A DNA stretch of 64,000 nucleotides from an uncultured bacterium (GCA_965372795.1 CBDVDR010000001.1:128001-192000); one strand, 5' to 3'; shown: positions 48,774 through 59,497, counted from the stretch's first letter. Notes: generated by a model not told the origin, from the letters alone. A program made the numbers and translations.

Positions 48774-49346
48774 TTAAAATTTACGACTTCCCCGTTGAGT
48801 AATTTCCATTCCCTTGGCACATAATGGACATTCATCAACTTCCCAGGTATCTGCCGATACCGTGCAAAGAGCTTTGTATGGGTAATCAAACTTTACTGAA
48901 CCGTTAGATCGATCAAGCATCAAACAAATACCAACGATGTCGGCTTCATAACTTTTGACAAGGTCGATCACTTCAAAAATAGATCTACCGGTAGTCAGGA
49001 CATCATCAACGATGATTACTTTTTGACCTTTTTCCAATGAGAAGCCTCTTTTAAAAACTCTGCCGCTCTCCCCCGGCTCGGCATATATTGATTCGATCCC
49101 CATATACCGGGCAACATCATAGGCAATAATAATTCCCCCGGTGGTTGGTCCAACGACCGTCACCGCACCGCTGTCTTTATAATCATCAGCCATCTGTTTA
49201 CAAATTTTAGTGCAGATTGAGGGCTGTTTTAAAAGTGTAAATTTTTCATAATAGACATCACTATGCCTGCCTGAGGTTAGTTTAAAATGTCCATTTAATA
49301 GAGCTTGGGACTCGACGAATAATTTCAGAAGTTCATCCTGATTCAT
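48774..49346 (-). CDS. pyrE: Orotate phosphoribosyltransferase
   Basis: GHFKLTSGRHS, IVDDVLTTGRS. Confidence 0.95.
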   Translation of the reverse strand: MNQDELLKLFVESQALLNGHFKLTSGRHSDVYYEKFTLLKQPSICTKICKQMADDYKDSGAVTVVGPTTGGIIIAYDVARYMGIESIYAEPGESGRVFKRGFSLEKGQKVIIVDDVLTTGRSIFEVIDLVKSYEADIVGICLMLDRSNGSVKFDYPYKALCTVSADTWEVDECPLCAKGMEITQRGSRKF

Positions 49347-49717
49347 TTTTCCTCCGTAAACACAGCAACCGCTGCAGCATATTTTTTTTCATGGGTGATA
49401 GATATAAGACATTTGGCACTGCCTATATTTTTTTTAATATCATCCGGCAGTAATAATTCCGGCTGTCCGGACTGATTATTTACAATTTGAATTTGATTAA
49501 AAGGCGGTTTGACAGTCAAGTACTGACCGAGACCTTTAATGACAGCCTCTTTGGCAGCAAACCGACCGGCAAGATAATGCTCTTTATCATGCCTTTGATA
49601 GTATTGTTCAATTTCAATAGCACCGAGAATCCGATTCAAAAACCGTTCTCCAAAGCGTTCTACATCGTTTTTCATTCGTTGAATTTCAACCAAGTCAATA
49701 CCGATAGATTTTATCAT
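49343..49717 (-). CDS. acpS: Holo-[acyl-carrier-protein] synthase
   Basis: IGIDLVEI, AGRFAAKEAVIK, ISITH; ATG 49717 behind AGGAG. Confidence 0.95.
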   Translation of the reverse strand: MIKSIGIDLVEIQRMKNDVERFGERFLNRILGAIEIEQYYQRHDKEHYLAGRFAAKEAVIKGLGQYLTVKPPFNQIQIVNNQSGQPELLLPDDIKKNIGSAKCLISITHEKKYAAAVAVFTEEK

Positions 49718-49838
49718 ATCTCTCCTTAAAATCTTGTTTAATAATATTACAATTTTATTGTACAGGCAATAAATTGTAAAAAATAGTTGCAAAATCTTTT
49801 GGAAAAAACGATATTAAATTCGTAACAATTAAAAGTAA

Positions 49839-50019
49839 AGGAGAGAGGGTAGGCATTTGTAAAATTCTAACACCTCACTAATGAAGGTTGCCTCTAAGTT
49901 GTTGCGTAAACGCCGTGACCCGATTTTTCGGCAGCGGATACTAAATACAACAAGCGACTGTAAAAACCCTTTAAAATGATTATTGAGGAGTTTTATCAAA
50001 TTCCAATGTTCTTTCTCCT
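49839..50019 (+). ncRNA. ssrS: Probable 6S RNA
   Basis: ~181-nt intergenic long hairpin: AGGAGAGAG pairs CTTTCTCCT, TAAAATTC pairs GAGTTTTA, central bubble, apical CCGA-TTT-TCGG; followed by a terminator. Confidence 0.7.
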
Positions 50020-50027
50020 GTAAATAT

Positions 50028-50056
50028 AAAAAAAACCGTCAACTGACGGTTTTTTT
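50028..50056. terminator. Bidirectional intrinsic terminator
   Basis: A-run-CCGTCA-AC-TGACGG-T-run. Confidence 0.85.
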
Positions 50057-50078
50057 ATATCTGGCAAGAAAATATCAA

Positions 50079-50768
50079 TCATAATGAAAAATCACCGGGT
50101 TCGGTAAGAATCTCCTGAAATGCCTTTTCAAATACAGTGGTACCATCTACACGACGTACAGATATAAACAAACATTCTTCACTTAAAGAGATAAAATATA
50201 ATCTATCCCTGATAACTTCAAAGACACCCTTTTCCCTATGATTAGAATTCGGGAGCAAGGTAAATACATCCATGACATCTTTGAGACTTTTAAAAACTTT
50301 GGCAAAATCGCCCCGAAAATCATTTGAGTCATTGAAGCCTATAAAATTACCCTGATGGTCCAAATTATAAATTTTCTGAACTCCGTTAATTTTTTCTATT
50401 CGTTCTAAGATTGATAATTTAGGATTGTCAGATGTCTCAATTTTGGATGGTTGTTCAATTTGAGGTGTTTCAACCTGTGAGGGTTGAGGTGGCTGAATAT
50501 TACCTGAGAAATTTTCGGTACTATTTTGGATAGTAGAAACGATCTCAGCGTGTTGTCTATTGATAATATTTTCAATCCTGTTTTGTTCTTCAACTGAACG
50601 GATTGGTTCATTCAGTTTTTTTTCAATTTTATGAAGAACCTGCCCATTATTCAAAATCGTGGTGGATATCCTTGGGGCTGGACGAACGGCATATTCCGTT
50701 TGGATTTGAATCGGAACATCGTTCTTTTTGACCATGGAGGTCCTCCCTGCCGGGATAAAATCTGTCAT
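50079..50768 (-). CDS. Hypothetical protein
   Basis: 229-aa ORF downstream of nrdJ; N-terminal 'IQTE...I.T....GQVL' domain, Pro/Gln linker, C-terminal alpha/beta domain. Confidence 0.7.
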   Translation of the reverse strand: MTDFIPAGRTSMVKKNDVPIQIQTEYAVRPAPRISTTILNNGQVLHKIEKKLNEPIRSVEEQNRIENIINRQHAEIVSTIQNSTENFSGNIQPPQPSQVETPQIEQPSKIETSDNPKLSILERIEKINGVQKIYNLDHQGNFIGFNDSNDFRGDFAKVFKSLKDVMDVFTLLPNSNHREKGVFEVIRDRLYFISLSEECLFISVRRVDGTTVFEKAFQEILTEPGDFSL

Positions 50769-50823
50769 AACTAAATAATCACCTTAAGTAAAGAAATTGA
50801 GCCTTCATTATTTTATCGGCATT

Positions 50824-53082
50824 TTAACAGTTGGAATAACCACAAAATTGACAGGAGAAACAACCAGAATCATAAATCATACTTCCGGCACAATCAGGGC
50901 ACATTTCTAAGGCATTAGAAGCGTGTTTTTTGTCCGAATCTTTACTTTCACCAAAATGTCTGTTCAAAATTTGAGCAATTGCATCGGGGATTGAAGTTAT
51001 TTTTGTACCATTGGCATAAATTTGCGAAGACCCTCCAATACCTCTTAATTGATGTATAACTTCTTTAACCCCAACTCCTGACCTAAGAAGCATCGAAATC
51101 AACCGGCAGATAGCCTCGGTATCAGCCATAGTTGAAAAACCGGATTTCCCAATCTGGGCAAAAATTTCAAACGGTTTTCCATTTGCAAGATTCACTGTAA
51201 CATATAAATTCCCATAGCCGGTCTTGATTTTTTCGGTGAATCCTGTTAATATTGAAGGGCGTTTCAAAACCTTGAAATGAGATGAATCGACTGCTTTATC
51301 TATTGAAGTAGACAATACCTGATCAGGTCGGGACATATTACGATATACCGTCACGCCCTTGCATCCCAATTCAAAAGCCTTTAAAAAAGCTGTTCGAACA
51401 TCATCTCTTGAAGCCTTCTCATGGAAATTGATAGTTTTTGAAACTGAGGAGTCGCAATTTTCCTGAAATATTGACTGCATTTTTATATGTTCTTCGGGGC
51501 TGATATCTGAGGCTGTCAAAAACAGAGCCTTCACCGAATCCGGGATTTCTTTAATTTCTTTTAATGTAAGATTAGATTTTACTTTTTGAATAATATCTTC
51601 CGTATAAAAATTTTCTTTTTGGGCAATCTTTTTAAATAAGGGATTTACTTCAATCAGCTTAGTACCATCCATCACATTTCGTTCAAAAGCGATAGCATAA
51701 TAAGGTTCAATCCCCGATGAACATCCGGCGATAATCGATATAGTTCCGGTTGGGGCAATGGTAGAAACAGTACAGTTTCTCATCGAAATATTTTCCTGCT
51801 CGTAAATCGAATTTTCCCAGTTAGGGAATTTCCCTCTTGATTTAGAAAGTTCTGAAGAATGTTTGCGCGCTTCTAAGTTGACAAATGCCATGACTTCCCT
51901 GCCCAATTCAAACGCCGGTTCAGAATTATATGGCAATTTTAATTGTACCAGCATATCCGCCCAGCCCATTATGCCAAGCCCGATTCTGCGGTTTAGTTTT
52001 GTCTGTTCCTGAATTTGTTCAAGCGGATATTTATTTTGATCAATAACATTATCCAAAAAATGAATTGCCTGACGAATAGTAACGGCTAATTCATTCCAGA
52101 GAATTCCATCGGCAGGATTATTTATCACATAATTTGACGGCAGAGGAGTTTTTATGAATTTCCCAAGATTTATTGAACCTAAATTACAGGAATCATAAGG
52201 CGGCAGCGGTTGCTCTCCACAGGGGTTGGTCGATTCAATCTGTTCATAAGGGTAGGTCGGGTTTTTTTGATTCATTCGGTCAATAAAAATTATTCCTGGC
52301 TCACCGTTATTCCAGGCATGTTCGACAATTTTACCAAAAATTTCTTTCGCATCAAGAGATGCTAAAACATCATCATCACCCTCACGGATCAAATGCTGTT
52401 TGCCTGTAAACGGATTTATAAGAGGATACGACGCCCCTTTTTGCAAAGCTTCCATAAACTGATCTGTTATTGCGACCGAAATGTTGAAATTTTTGAGTTC
52501 ATTATGGTCATCTTTACAAGTAATAAATTCGAGTATATCGGGATGGTCGACTCTTAACACTCCCATATTAGCACCACGACGAGTGCCCCCCTGCTTTACC
52601 GCCTCGGTAGCCGAGTTAAAGACTTTCATAAATGAAACCGGTCCGGAGGCTACCCCGGAAGTTGAGGCAACGATAGAATCTCGGGGACGCAGACGCGAGA
52701 ATGAAAACCCGGTTCCCCCGCCGGTTTTGTGAATCAGAGCGGCATGCTTATTGGTTTCGAAAATATCTTCCATGGAATCTTCAACCGGAAGAACAAAGCA
52801 AGCGGACAATTGTCCTAATTCACGACCGGCATTCATCAGAGTAGGAGAATTTGGCAAAAACTTTAATTGTGCCATCATCTCATAAAAATCAAAAGCACTC
52901 TTTTCAATTTTATCTGCATCGGCGCCATAATTACTGTCTGCCAGCGCAATAAATTTTGCTACCCTAACAAACAGTTCACGGGGAGTTTCGATAACTCGGC
53001 CTTGTTTATCTTTTATGAAATACCGTCTTTCTAAAACGGTAAGTGCATTTTCAGATAAATTTGGTTTAATGTATTTTTCCAT
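50824..53082 (-). CDS. nrdJ: Adenosylcobalamin-dependent (class II) ribonucleotide reductase with C-terminal TSCPD/zinc-ribbon region
   Basis: PNSPTLMNAG, LSACFV, TNPCGEQPL, APTGTIS, SKTIN, SIPD, CPDC...CQFCGYSNC. Confidence 0.93.
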   Translation of the reverse strand: MEKYIKPNLSENALTVLERRYFIKDKQGRVIETPRELFVRVAKFIALADSNYGADADKIEKSAFDFYEMMAQLKFLPNSPTLMNAGRELGQLSACFVLPVEDSMEDIFETNKHAALIHKTGGGTGFSFSRLRPRDSIVASTSGVASGPVSFMKVFNSATEAVKQGGTRRGANMGVLRVDHPDILEFITCKDDHNELKNFNISVAITDQFMEALQKGASYPLINPFTGKQHLIREGDDDVLASLDAKEIFGKIVEHAWNNGEPGIIFIDRMNQKNPTYPYEQIESTNPCGEQPLPPYDSCNLGSINLGKFIKTPLPSNYVINNPADGILWNELAVTIRQAIHFLDNVIDQNKYPLEQIQEQTKLNRRIGLGIMGWADMLVQLKLPYNSEPAFELGREVMAFVNLEARKHSSELSKSRGKFPNWENSIYEQENISMRNCTVSTIAPTGTISIIAGCSSGIEPYYAIAFERNVMDGTKLIEVNPLFKKIAQKENFYTEDIIQKVKSNLTLKEIKEIPDSVKALFLTASDISPEEHIKMQSIFQENCDSSVSKTINFHEKASRDDVRTAFLKAFELGCKGVTVYRNMSRPDQVLSTSIDKAVDSSHFKVLKRPSILTGFTEKIKTGYGNLYVTVNLANGKPFEIFAQIGKSGFSTMADTEAICRLISMLLRSGVGVKEVIHQLRGIGGSSQIYANGTKITSIPDAIAQILNRHFGESKDSDKKHASNALEMCPDCAGSMIYDSGCFSCQFCGYSNC

Positions 53083-53237
53083 GATATTTCCCTTATCTTA
53101 TATATATCGGCACCGGAGGTTCTTTGATTAATCATCCATATATATAACGTATCGTTTGGAAATATAGTGTCACATTATCTTGAACGGTGAAAAATTGTGT
53201 CTATGGCTGTTAAAATTACAACAGGATAAGTATAAAT

Positions 53238-54140
53238 CTATTTATCGGTTTTACTTTGTTTGATCATATCAAGAAAACCTATTCCAATTGATCCAAAGTA
53301 AGATTCGGGAATTTTGTATAGTTTATCTTTTAAAGCATGATCAACTGTAATAAATTTATAACCGAGATTTTCAATCTGAGTCAATAGTTCATCGAGGAAA
53401 ATTGCATTTAAATGATTTGCCCTGAGTTGTAAAATTTGCCGGCAATCTCTGTGTAAGATATCTTTAGACAGCCCTTCAGCGTGCTCAATCTGATCAAGGA
53501 CATGGTTGATATATTCATTTAACATTTCATCATAAGCTGCGGAATCAAGTTTTCCGTTACTTTTTTCAATTGCCAGATTATAAACATAATCCTCTACAAC
53601 CACCGTGGCATGAACGACTTTGATTTTATAATCACTTAAGAAATTTTTAATTCTTTCTTTTTTAAATTCATTTTCACCATAGTGTAAAAAAGGAAATCTA
53701 AAAAAACGAGGTTTCTGGCCAAACCCGCTAAGCATTGGTTCCAAAGCTTCACTTCCGGAAATAACATCCTTGATGAAATTATTAATCTCAAGGTCCTTAA
53801 GGTCCTGATATGAATAGGTAAGATTTCCCAAGCGATGTCCGGCGTTGAGCCATTTGCCTAAGAGATCGTAATTGTTTTCCATTTTTGACCCGACAACAAA
53901 TCCACATGATTTTACATTATGTTTTTTTAAGGCCGATAAAATCATATCAGTCAGACTGTCTTTTTCAGGATCGGCAAAATAGGTGGCAATTGGAAGTTCA
54001 TCAAAGGTTATGCAAATCTGTTTTTTGGGAATGTTTTTCTTCTTTTTAGAATCAATATTTTGGGCTGATGTCGTATTAATGGTAATTATTGATACCAGCA
54101 TAATTATTATAATTTTAAACAATTGATAATTATTAAACAT
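53238..54140 (-). CDS. Secreted polysaccharide deacetylase (CE4/NodB)-fold protein
   Basis: ITFDELP, FRFPFL, GYKFITV; metal-binding His residues substituted. Confidence 0.8.
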   Translation of the reverse strand: MFNNYQLFKIIIIMLVSIITINTTSAQNIDSKKKKNIPKKQICITFDELPIATYFADPEKDSLTDMILSALKKHNVKSCGFVVGSKMENNYDLLGKWLNAGHRLGNLTYSYQDLKDLEINNFIKDVISGSEALEPMLSGFGQKPRFFRFPFLHYGENEFKKERIKNFLSDYKIKVVHATVVVEDYVYNLAIEKSNGKLDSAAYDEMLNEYINHVLDQIEHAEGLSKDILHRDCRQILQLRANHLNAIFLDELLTQIENLGYKFITVDHALKDKLYKIPESYFGSIGIGFLDMIKQSKTDK

Positions 54141-54141
54141 C

Positions 54142-55557
54142 CTATTTCCCTATCTCATATATCATGGTGAAATTTGTGGGTACGGTTGATCCGAAAGGAG
54201 CTCCACCGGTAATAATGACCGAATCGCCAAATTTTGCAAGTTTGTGTGATTTGCAGATTTTTTTCACTATTGAAATCATATCATTAAATGATCCCGGCTG
54301 TTTGATATGTACCGAGGTAACCGACCGGGAAAGGGTAAGCAGTCTCATAACTTTTTTATCGGGGGTCAAAGCAATAATCGGCTGATCGGGGAACAGGTTT
54401 GAAATCAATTCGGCGGTAAATCCCGAAGTTGTAAAAGCAAAAATAACCTTGGCATCACAATAATTGTCGATTGAACAAACAGCTTCAGCAATTGCTAAAG
54501 GGATTTGTGATTTTAAAAGATGCGACTCAAGTTTAACTTCCGGACGGGGACAATTTGATTCGGTCGCCAGTATGACATTACTCATCGTTTTAACAACTTC
54601 AACCGGGAACTTGCCGGTTGCAGTTTCAGCAGAAAGCATAACCGCATCGACATGATCAAATACTGCCGAAGCCACATCATTTATTTCCGCGCGAGTAGCA
54701 CGAGGCGAAAAACGCATCGACTCAAGCATTTGAGTTGCGACTATAACCGGTTTATGATGGGTATTCGCTAATTTAATAATTTTCTTCTGTAAGATTGGCA
54801 GTTTCTCGGGTGCCATTTCAACACCAAGATCGCCACGGGCAACCATGACTCCGTCTGATAAAAGCATGATCTCTTCCAGATTATTGATAGCTTCTATTTT
54901 TTCTAGTTTTGCAATGATTCTTTGGTGACCGCCTAATCGTTTCACAATTTTCTTTGCTTCAATTATGTCATTTCCCGACCTGACAAAGGACAATGCGATA
55001 TAGTCAACGTCTAAATTTATCGCCGTTTGAATATCTTTTCGGTCTTTTGAAGTAATCGTAGGAATCTTGAGATCAGTATCAGGCAGATTGATACCTTTAC
55101 CGGGAAGCATGTGACCAGAATTCATCGCTTTAATAGTTATGATATCTTTATTTTTATCAATGACTTTAAAATACAAATTCCCGTCATCAATATAAATTTT
55201 CTCCCCTTTTGTAATCGATTTTATGATAGCAGGATGATTGACACCAAAAATATGTGCATTTAAATCAGTTTCACCTGATGTCAGAAACAGACACTGGTTG
55301 ATTTCAACAGGTATTGAACCCTCAAATTGCGAAATTCTTAGTTTAGGTCCAGAAATGTCGAATAATATGCCTACCGGATCGCCCTCCCGTATTTTGATCC
55401 CTTGCCTAATGATCGACACGGATTTTTTGAAATCAGCCTCTTGACCGTGAGAACAGTTAATTCTGAAGAGATTAACCCCGTTTTTGATCAAATTCGATAT
55501 TTTTGTTTTGTCGGCAATCGCCGGACCATAAGTCGCAATTATCTTTGTCTTTTTCAT
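54142..55557 (-). CDS. pyk: Pyruvate kinase
   Basis: KTKIIAT.GP, IAKLEK, MVARGDLGVE, ATQMLESM, MLSAETA. Confidence 0.97.
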   Translation of the reverse strand: MKKTKIIATYGPAIADKTKISNLIKNGVNLFRINCSHGQEADFKKSVSIIRQGIKIREGDPVGILFDISGPKLRISQFEGSIPVEINQCLFLTSGETDLNAHIFGVNHPAIIKSITKGEKIYIDDGNLYFKVIDKNKDIITIKAMNSGHMLPGKGINLPDTDLKIPTITSKDRKDIQTAINLDVDYIALSFVRSGNDIIEAKKIVKRLGGHQRIIAKLEKIEAINNLEEIMLLSDGVMVARGDLGVEMAPEKLPILQKKIIKLANTHHKPVIVATQMLESMRFSPRATRAEINDVASAVFDHVDAVMLSAETATGKFPVEVVKTMSNVILATESNCPRPEVKLESHLLKSQIPLAIAEAVCSIDNYCDAKVIFAFTTSGFTAELISNLFPDQPIIALTPDKKVMRLLTLSRSVTSVHIKQPGSFNDMISIVKKICKSHKLAKFGDSVIITGGAPFGSTVPTNFTMIYEIGK

Positions 55558-55798
55558 AGGTAAATCTAATAGCCATAGAGATTTACTAAATCAACAAAAA
55601 ACGGGCTTTGGGGTGATGGCATTGTCAAACAATGAATTTCAACTGCTAATAATTGTCAATTTTTTAAATAATAAACTATTTTCAGGTTTTTTCGTCCAGA
55701 GTCTTTGAATTTTGCCAAAAATTGACTATATTAAATGTTCTTAGAATTAGTTAGAATGAAAAAAGGATTTTGAAAATAATTAGGTGGGGGAAGTGCCT

Positions 55799-56167
55799 AT
55801 GAATAAAAAAGTTATTATTGCTGCCAACAACATGATCTTCACATCGAAGATGATGAGTATACTTGATAACATGGAAGCAGAAGGTATTAAAGCAATACGT
55901 TCTGATGAAATCTTCACAAAAGCACAGGAGTTAAAGCCTGACTTAATTGTTATCGACTTGAACCTTAATGGGATAGAAGCTCCATCATTGATTAACAAAC
56001 TTAGATCTTATGGTGCCACAAAAGGTATTCCGATTGTTTGCTATTCCCCGCATGTGCTCAAGGACCAGATGAAAGCTGCTAAAATAGCTGGAGCTACCGA
56101 GGTGCTCCCTAATTCAAAGATGAGCAGCAAAATGAATCAAATAATTAGCAAATATGTAAATATTTGA
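55799..56167 (+). CDS. Atypical receiver-domain protein
   Basis: KPDLIVIDLNL receiver core; acidic pocket replaced by AANN and no KP motif. Confidence 0.75.
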   Translation: MNKKVIIAANNMIFTSKMMSILDNMEAEGIKAIRSDEIFTKAQELKPDLIVIDLNLNGIEAPSLINKLRSYGATKGIPIVCYSPHVLKDQMKAAKIAGATEVLPNSKMSSKMNQIISKYVNI

Positions 56168-56189
56168 TAAACTATTGATAAGCTATTAT

Positions 56190-56215
56190 AAACCGGGCAA
56201 CTGTCCGGTTTTTTT
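56190..56215 (+). terminator. Intrinsic terminator
   Basis: AAACCGGGCA-AC-TGTCCGGTTTTTTT. Confidence 0.75.
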
Positions 56216-56226
56216 CTTTCTATAAT

Positions 56227-57741
56227 TTATTTTACAGATTTAAAAACCCAGGCTTCATTTGTCGAATTATGTCTCGGATTCAATTTATGTAAGATGTAGT
56301 CAATTGCTGAGGGTGCTGAGTGATGGGTTAGTTCTATATTCCCAAACCTTTTGATTATTGAATCTTTATGGCTTTCAAGCAGTTCTTCCCGAGGCGGGAA
56401 CAGGACAAAATAATCGAAATCTTTAGCTCTGAATAGATCACTATCCAAATCAGCCCAATTATAAGCGACGCAACTGTCAATCAATTCTAGACCACCATAA
56501 TCTATTGGGATCAAACGATTCTTATCGGGAGACAGGAAAAAGACTGTTGGAGTTTCATCTTGATTATTTTCCAGCCACACAATCGGATCAATTAGACCTT
56601 TGTGTGAATAATTTAAAGTGAAGGGGAAAAATAATATAAAATTTATTAAAAACGCAAAACCAAAAAATGAGTATTTAAATTTTTTGTTATTGAACAGGAT
56701 ACCATTTTCTTTTTTATGATGCCACAAAACAAGTATCGCTATGACAGCTAATACCGGTAAGATTGGAATCATAAATCGTTCCTGCCGGTTCGCAACAAAG
56801 GAATGAAAAAAGATAAAAGAAAATGAAGTTATGGTTATCATCAGATGATTTCCCCAAAACCTTTTTCTAAAAGCTAAATAGAAAACCAGTAGTGAAATTG
56901 GCGGGATAAAGAATGATAAAATTACTGCCGGATAAATCAGGTGAATGGTGTTATAAAGTTTTCCTTCACCCATCCCCTGCCCTAAGTGATTAAGGGTGCT
57001 GGCTAAGAATTTGTTTAGAAAAAGTAAATCGATAAAGCCTGATAATAGGATCATGCCCAGGACCGACCCTGAAAAGATCATCGCCGGTTTTAGGCTTTTA
57101 TTTTCGTACCAGAGAATAAAGGGAACCGGAATAACCGCAAACGCAATTTGAAATCTTAACATCCAGGCTAATCCGGTCAGTAGACCGGCAATAATTAGCC
57201 ATTTTTGATTCTTATCCCTGACAAACAGATAGTAAGCAAGTATTGCCAGAATCCAGAAATGCCCACCGGCAACTTCGATCAAATTTCTCACCGAAAGATA
57301 AGACATCCCAAAATGAGCAGCCATAACCATCCCGGCAACAAATGACCATTTTTGTGAAGCGGTTACAATATGTGTGATTTTAAATACTGCCCAGACAGAA
57401 ATCAGTGAAAGAGCCGCATTAACCGCCCGCATCGGATACATAATTGTATCAAGTGATTCCATCCCGACCATATTGCAGACCTTGACAACTCCATAGACAA
57501 ACAGATTGTATAAAGGGAATCTCCCGATTTCTTCAGGAGCATGACTGGCCCAGGTTAAGAATCCATCACTGTTTAAAGGTCCGCCATTTCGAAGCCAGTT
57601 ATAAGCAATAGAAACCGTCTCAAAATGATCATCGGATGCCATATAACCTTTTGAAAAGATAACTGCCAAGGCACGGAGTACAATCGCAACCGTTAAAACA
57701 GTAGCCAAAGGATAAGTTGATACAATTTTTCGAATATCCAA
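56227..57741 (-). CDS. GT-C fold membrane glycosyltransferase (Alg9/PIG-B/PMT-like)
   Basis: Luminal DDHFE acidic motif after TM1, many TM helices, QERFMIP motif; TTG start behind GAGAGG. Confidence 0.8.
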   Translation of the reverse strand: MDIRKIVSTYPLATVLTVAIVLRALAVIFSKGYMASDDHFETVSIAYNWLRNGGPLNSDGFLTWASHAPEEIGRFPLYNLFVYGVVKVCNMVGMESLDTIMYPMRAVNAALSLISVWAVFKITHIVTASQKWSFVAGMVMAAHFGMSYLSVRNLIEVAGGHFWILAILAYYLFVRDKNQKWLIIAGLLTGLAWMLRFQIAFAVIPVPFILWYENKSLKPAMIFSGSVLGMILLSGFIDLLFLNKFLASTLNHLGQGMGEGKLYNTIHLIYPAVILSFFIPPISLLVFYLAFRKRFWGNHLMITITSFSFIFFHSFVANRQERFMIPILPVLAVIAILVLWHHKKENGILFNNKKFKYSFFGFAFLINFILFFPFTLNYSHKGLIDPIVWLENNQDETPTVFFLSPDKNRLIPIDYGGLELIDSCVAYNWADLDSDLFRAKDFDYFVLFPPREELLESHKDSIIKRFGNIELTHHSAPSAIDYILHKLNPRHNSTNEAWVFKSVK

Positions 57742-57845
57742 ATAATTCCTCTCTTGGTGAAACATAAATATCATATTATCAGATTTCAACATCAAGGGAA
57801 TAATAACTTTTATTGATTTATAACGGTGTATGAGTACTTTATAGT

Positions 57846-59417
57846 ATGAAAAAATATTGTACTCTTCTAATGGTAAGCCTGGTTCTTACTTTTTTTATAC
57901 CGTTATCAAACTATTCAATTGATTTAGATTCTTTACTTGTAAAATCTATTGGCGGTAAAAAAGCGCTTGAAACTATAAAGGGTATCGAAACTATTTACAG
58001 TTCCGGCAAGGTGATAATCAATGGGATAGAAGGAAGTTTTGAACAATTTTTTCAAACACCTGATAAATTTCTGTTATATGTTGATTTGAAAAGTTTCAAA
58101 CTCATTCAGGGCTTTGATGGCAATATCGCCTGGCAAACAGATATCAACGGCACAGCTTCCGAAATGACCGGATTTGAAAAAAGAGAATTACTCAAAACAA
58201 TTTATTTTGAATCTTATGCTTATCTGCATGAAGCTAATAAAAATAAAGTTGAATATTTACGGGAAGAAAAGTCCGAAACTGGTAATTTTCATGTCGTCGC
58301 TTTTTATCCGCTGCCTACTGACACAATTATTACATACTTTGAGACCAATTCAGGTATCAGGACATTAATTGAAGGGCGAATGGATAATTTGGCAACTGTT
58401 GTCTTTGTAGATGATTACCGGGAGACAGACAATATACTATACCCCTTTTATTCCAGAGCTGAAGCTAAGACCGCCAAGATCACAACCGAATTTATTCTTG
58501 ATAAATTAATTTTCAATGAACCGATTGATGCTCAAAGATTCAAAATGCCGACTCCCCAAACTGACTCTTATCGATTTTCATCTGAAACAAATAGTTTCAC
58601 TATCCCCTTTGAATATAAATTCGGTCACATTAGGCTCCCGGTCAAAATCAACGGGAAAAAGAAAGTCTGGATGATTTTGGATTCCGGGGCATCAAGTTCA
58701 ATATTCCATCAACCTTCAATCAAAGATTTAAATTTGTCTGTGGTCGGCACTATACCCGCAAAAGGGATTGGTGGTTATGCTAAGGCTGAGTTAATTAAAG
58801 TAGATTCATTAGAAGTCGGTGATTTGACTCTTTTTAATAATATTAACGGATCTATGAATCTTTCCGGCTTGGCTCGCCGGGGTCCTGATCAAAATGAGTT
58901 CGGAGGAATTTTGGGTTATGATTTTTTATCAAAATTCCCAGTACTAATTGATTACAAAAATCGAATAATGACCGTTTTTAATCCTGATAGTTTTTCTCCT
59001 CCTGAGGGTGGAGATGAAATCAGGTTTGAATTGACAATGCAGGTCCCGACGGTGACGGCTTCTATTGAAGGAATTACCGGCAAATTTATTGTCGACCTTG
59101 GTAATGCCTTTGGACTGATTATCCATAAACCGTTTGCCAAGACCCATGATTTAGAAGCCAAATTACAAAATTTAATTAAAAACCGCAGTCAAATTGGTGG
59201 GATTGGCGGGTTTGCATCCGGTAAAACCGGAGATGCGGCTTATTTTCGAATCGGAGATATTCAGATAGACTCTTTACGTGTCTTATTGCCTGAATATTCT
59301 GATGGAATCACAGGTTCAAACGAACTTGCCGGGAATATCGGAAATCTGGTACTGGAAAATTTCCGTCTTTTATTAGACTATTCCCAGAGCCGACTTTTTC
59401 TGTATCCCACGCAATAA
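57846..59417 (+). CDS. Secreted aspartyl protease family protein (two retropepsin-like domains)
   Basis: ILDSGA...GILGYDFL and IVDLGN...GNIGNLVL; N-terminal 'IGG..AL..I.T' beta-rich domain. Confidence 0.82.
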   Translation: MKKYCTLLMVSLVLTFFIPLSNYSIDLDSLLVKSIGGKKALETIKGIETIYSSGKVIINGIEGSFEQFFQTPDKFLLYVDLKSFKLIQGFDGNIAWQTDINGTASEMTGFEKRELLKTIYFESYAYLHEANKNKVEYLREEKSETGNFHVVAFYPLPTDTIITYFETNSGIRTLIEGRMDNLATVVFVDDYRETDNILYPFYSRAEAKTAKITTEFILDKLIFNEPIDAQRFKMPTPQTDSYRFSSETNSFTIPFEYKFGHIRLPVKINGKKKVWMILDSGASSSIFHQPSIKDLNLSVVGTIPAKGIGGYAKAELIKVDSLEVGDLTLFNNINGSMNLSGLARRGPDQNEFGGILGYDFLSKFPVLIDYKNRIMTVFNPDSFSPPEGGDEIRFELTMQVPTVTASIEGITGKFIVDLGNAFGLIIHKPFAKTHDLEAKLQNLIKNRSQIGGIGGFASGKTGDAAYFRIGDIQIDSLRVLLPEYSDGITGSNELAGNIGNLVLENFRLLLDYSQSRLFLYPTQ

Positions 59418-59497
59418 TTCTTTGTATAACTTATCACCCAATTATGTTGACTTATATATTTCAGTTCTTTATTGTTCACCTTAATAAGGAGGTTTTC

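Noticed and set aside
53083..53237. Cobalamin riboswitch or NrdR boxes upstream of nrdJ
   Set aside because: No B12-box seen; only one degenerate NrdR-like match (TCACATTATCTTG near 53170) without a properly spaced partner
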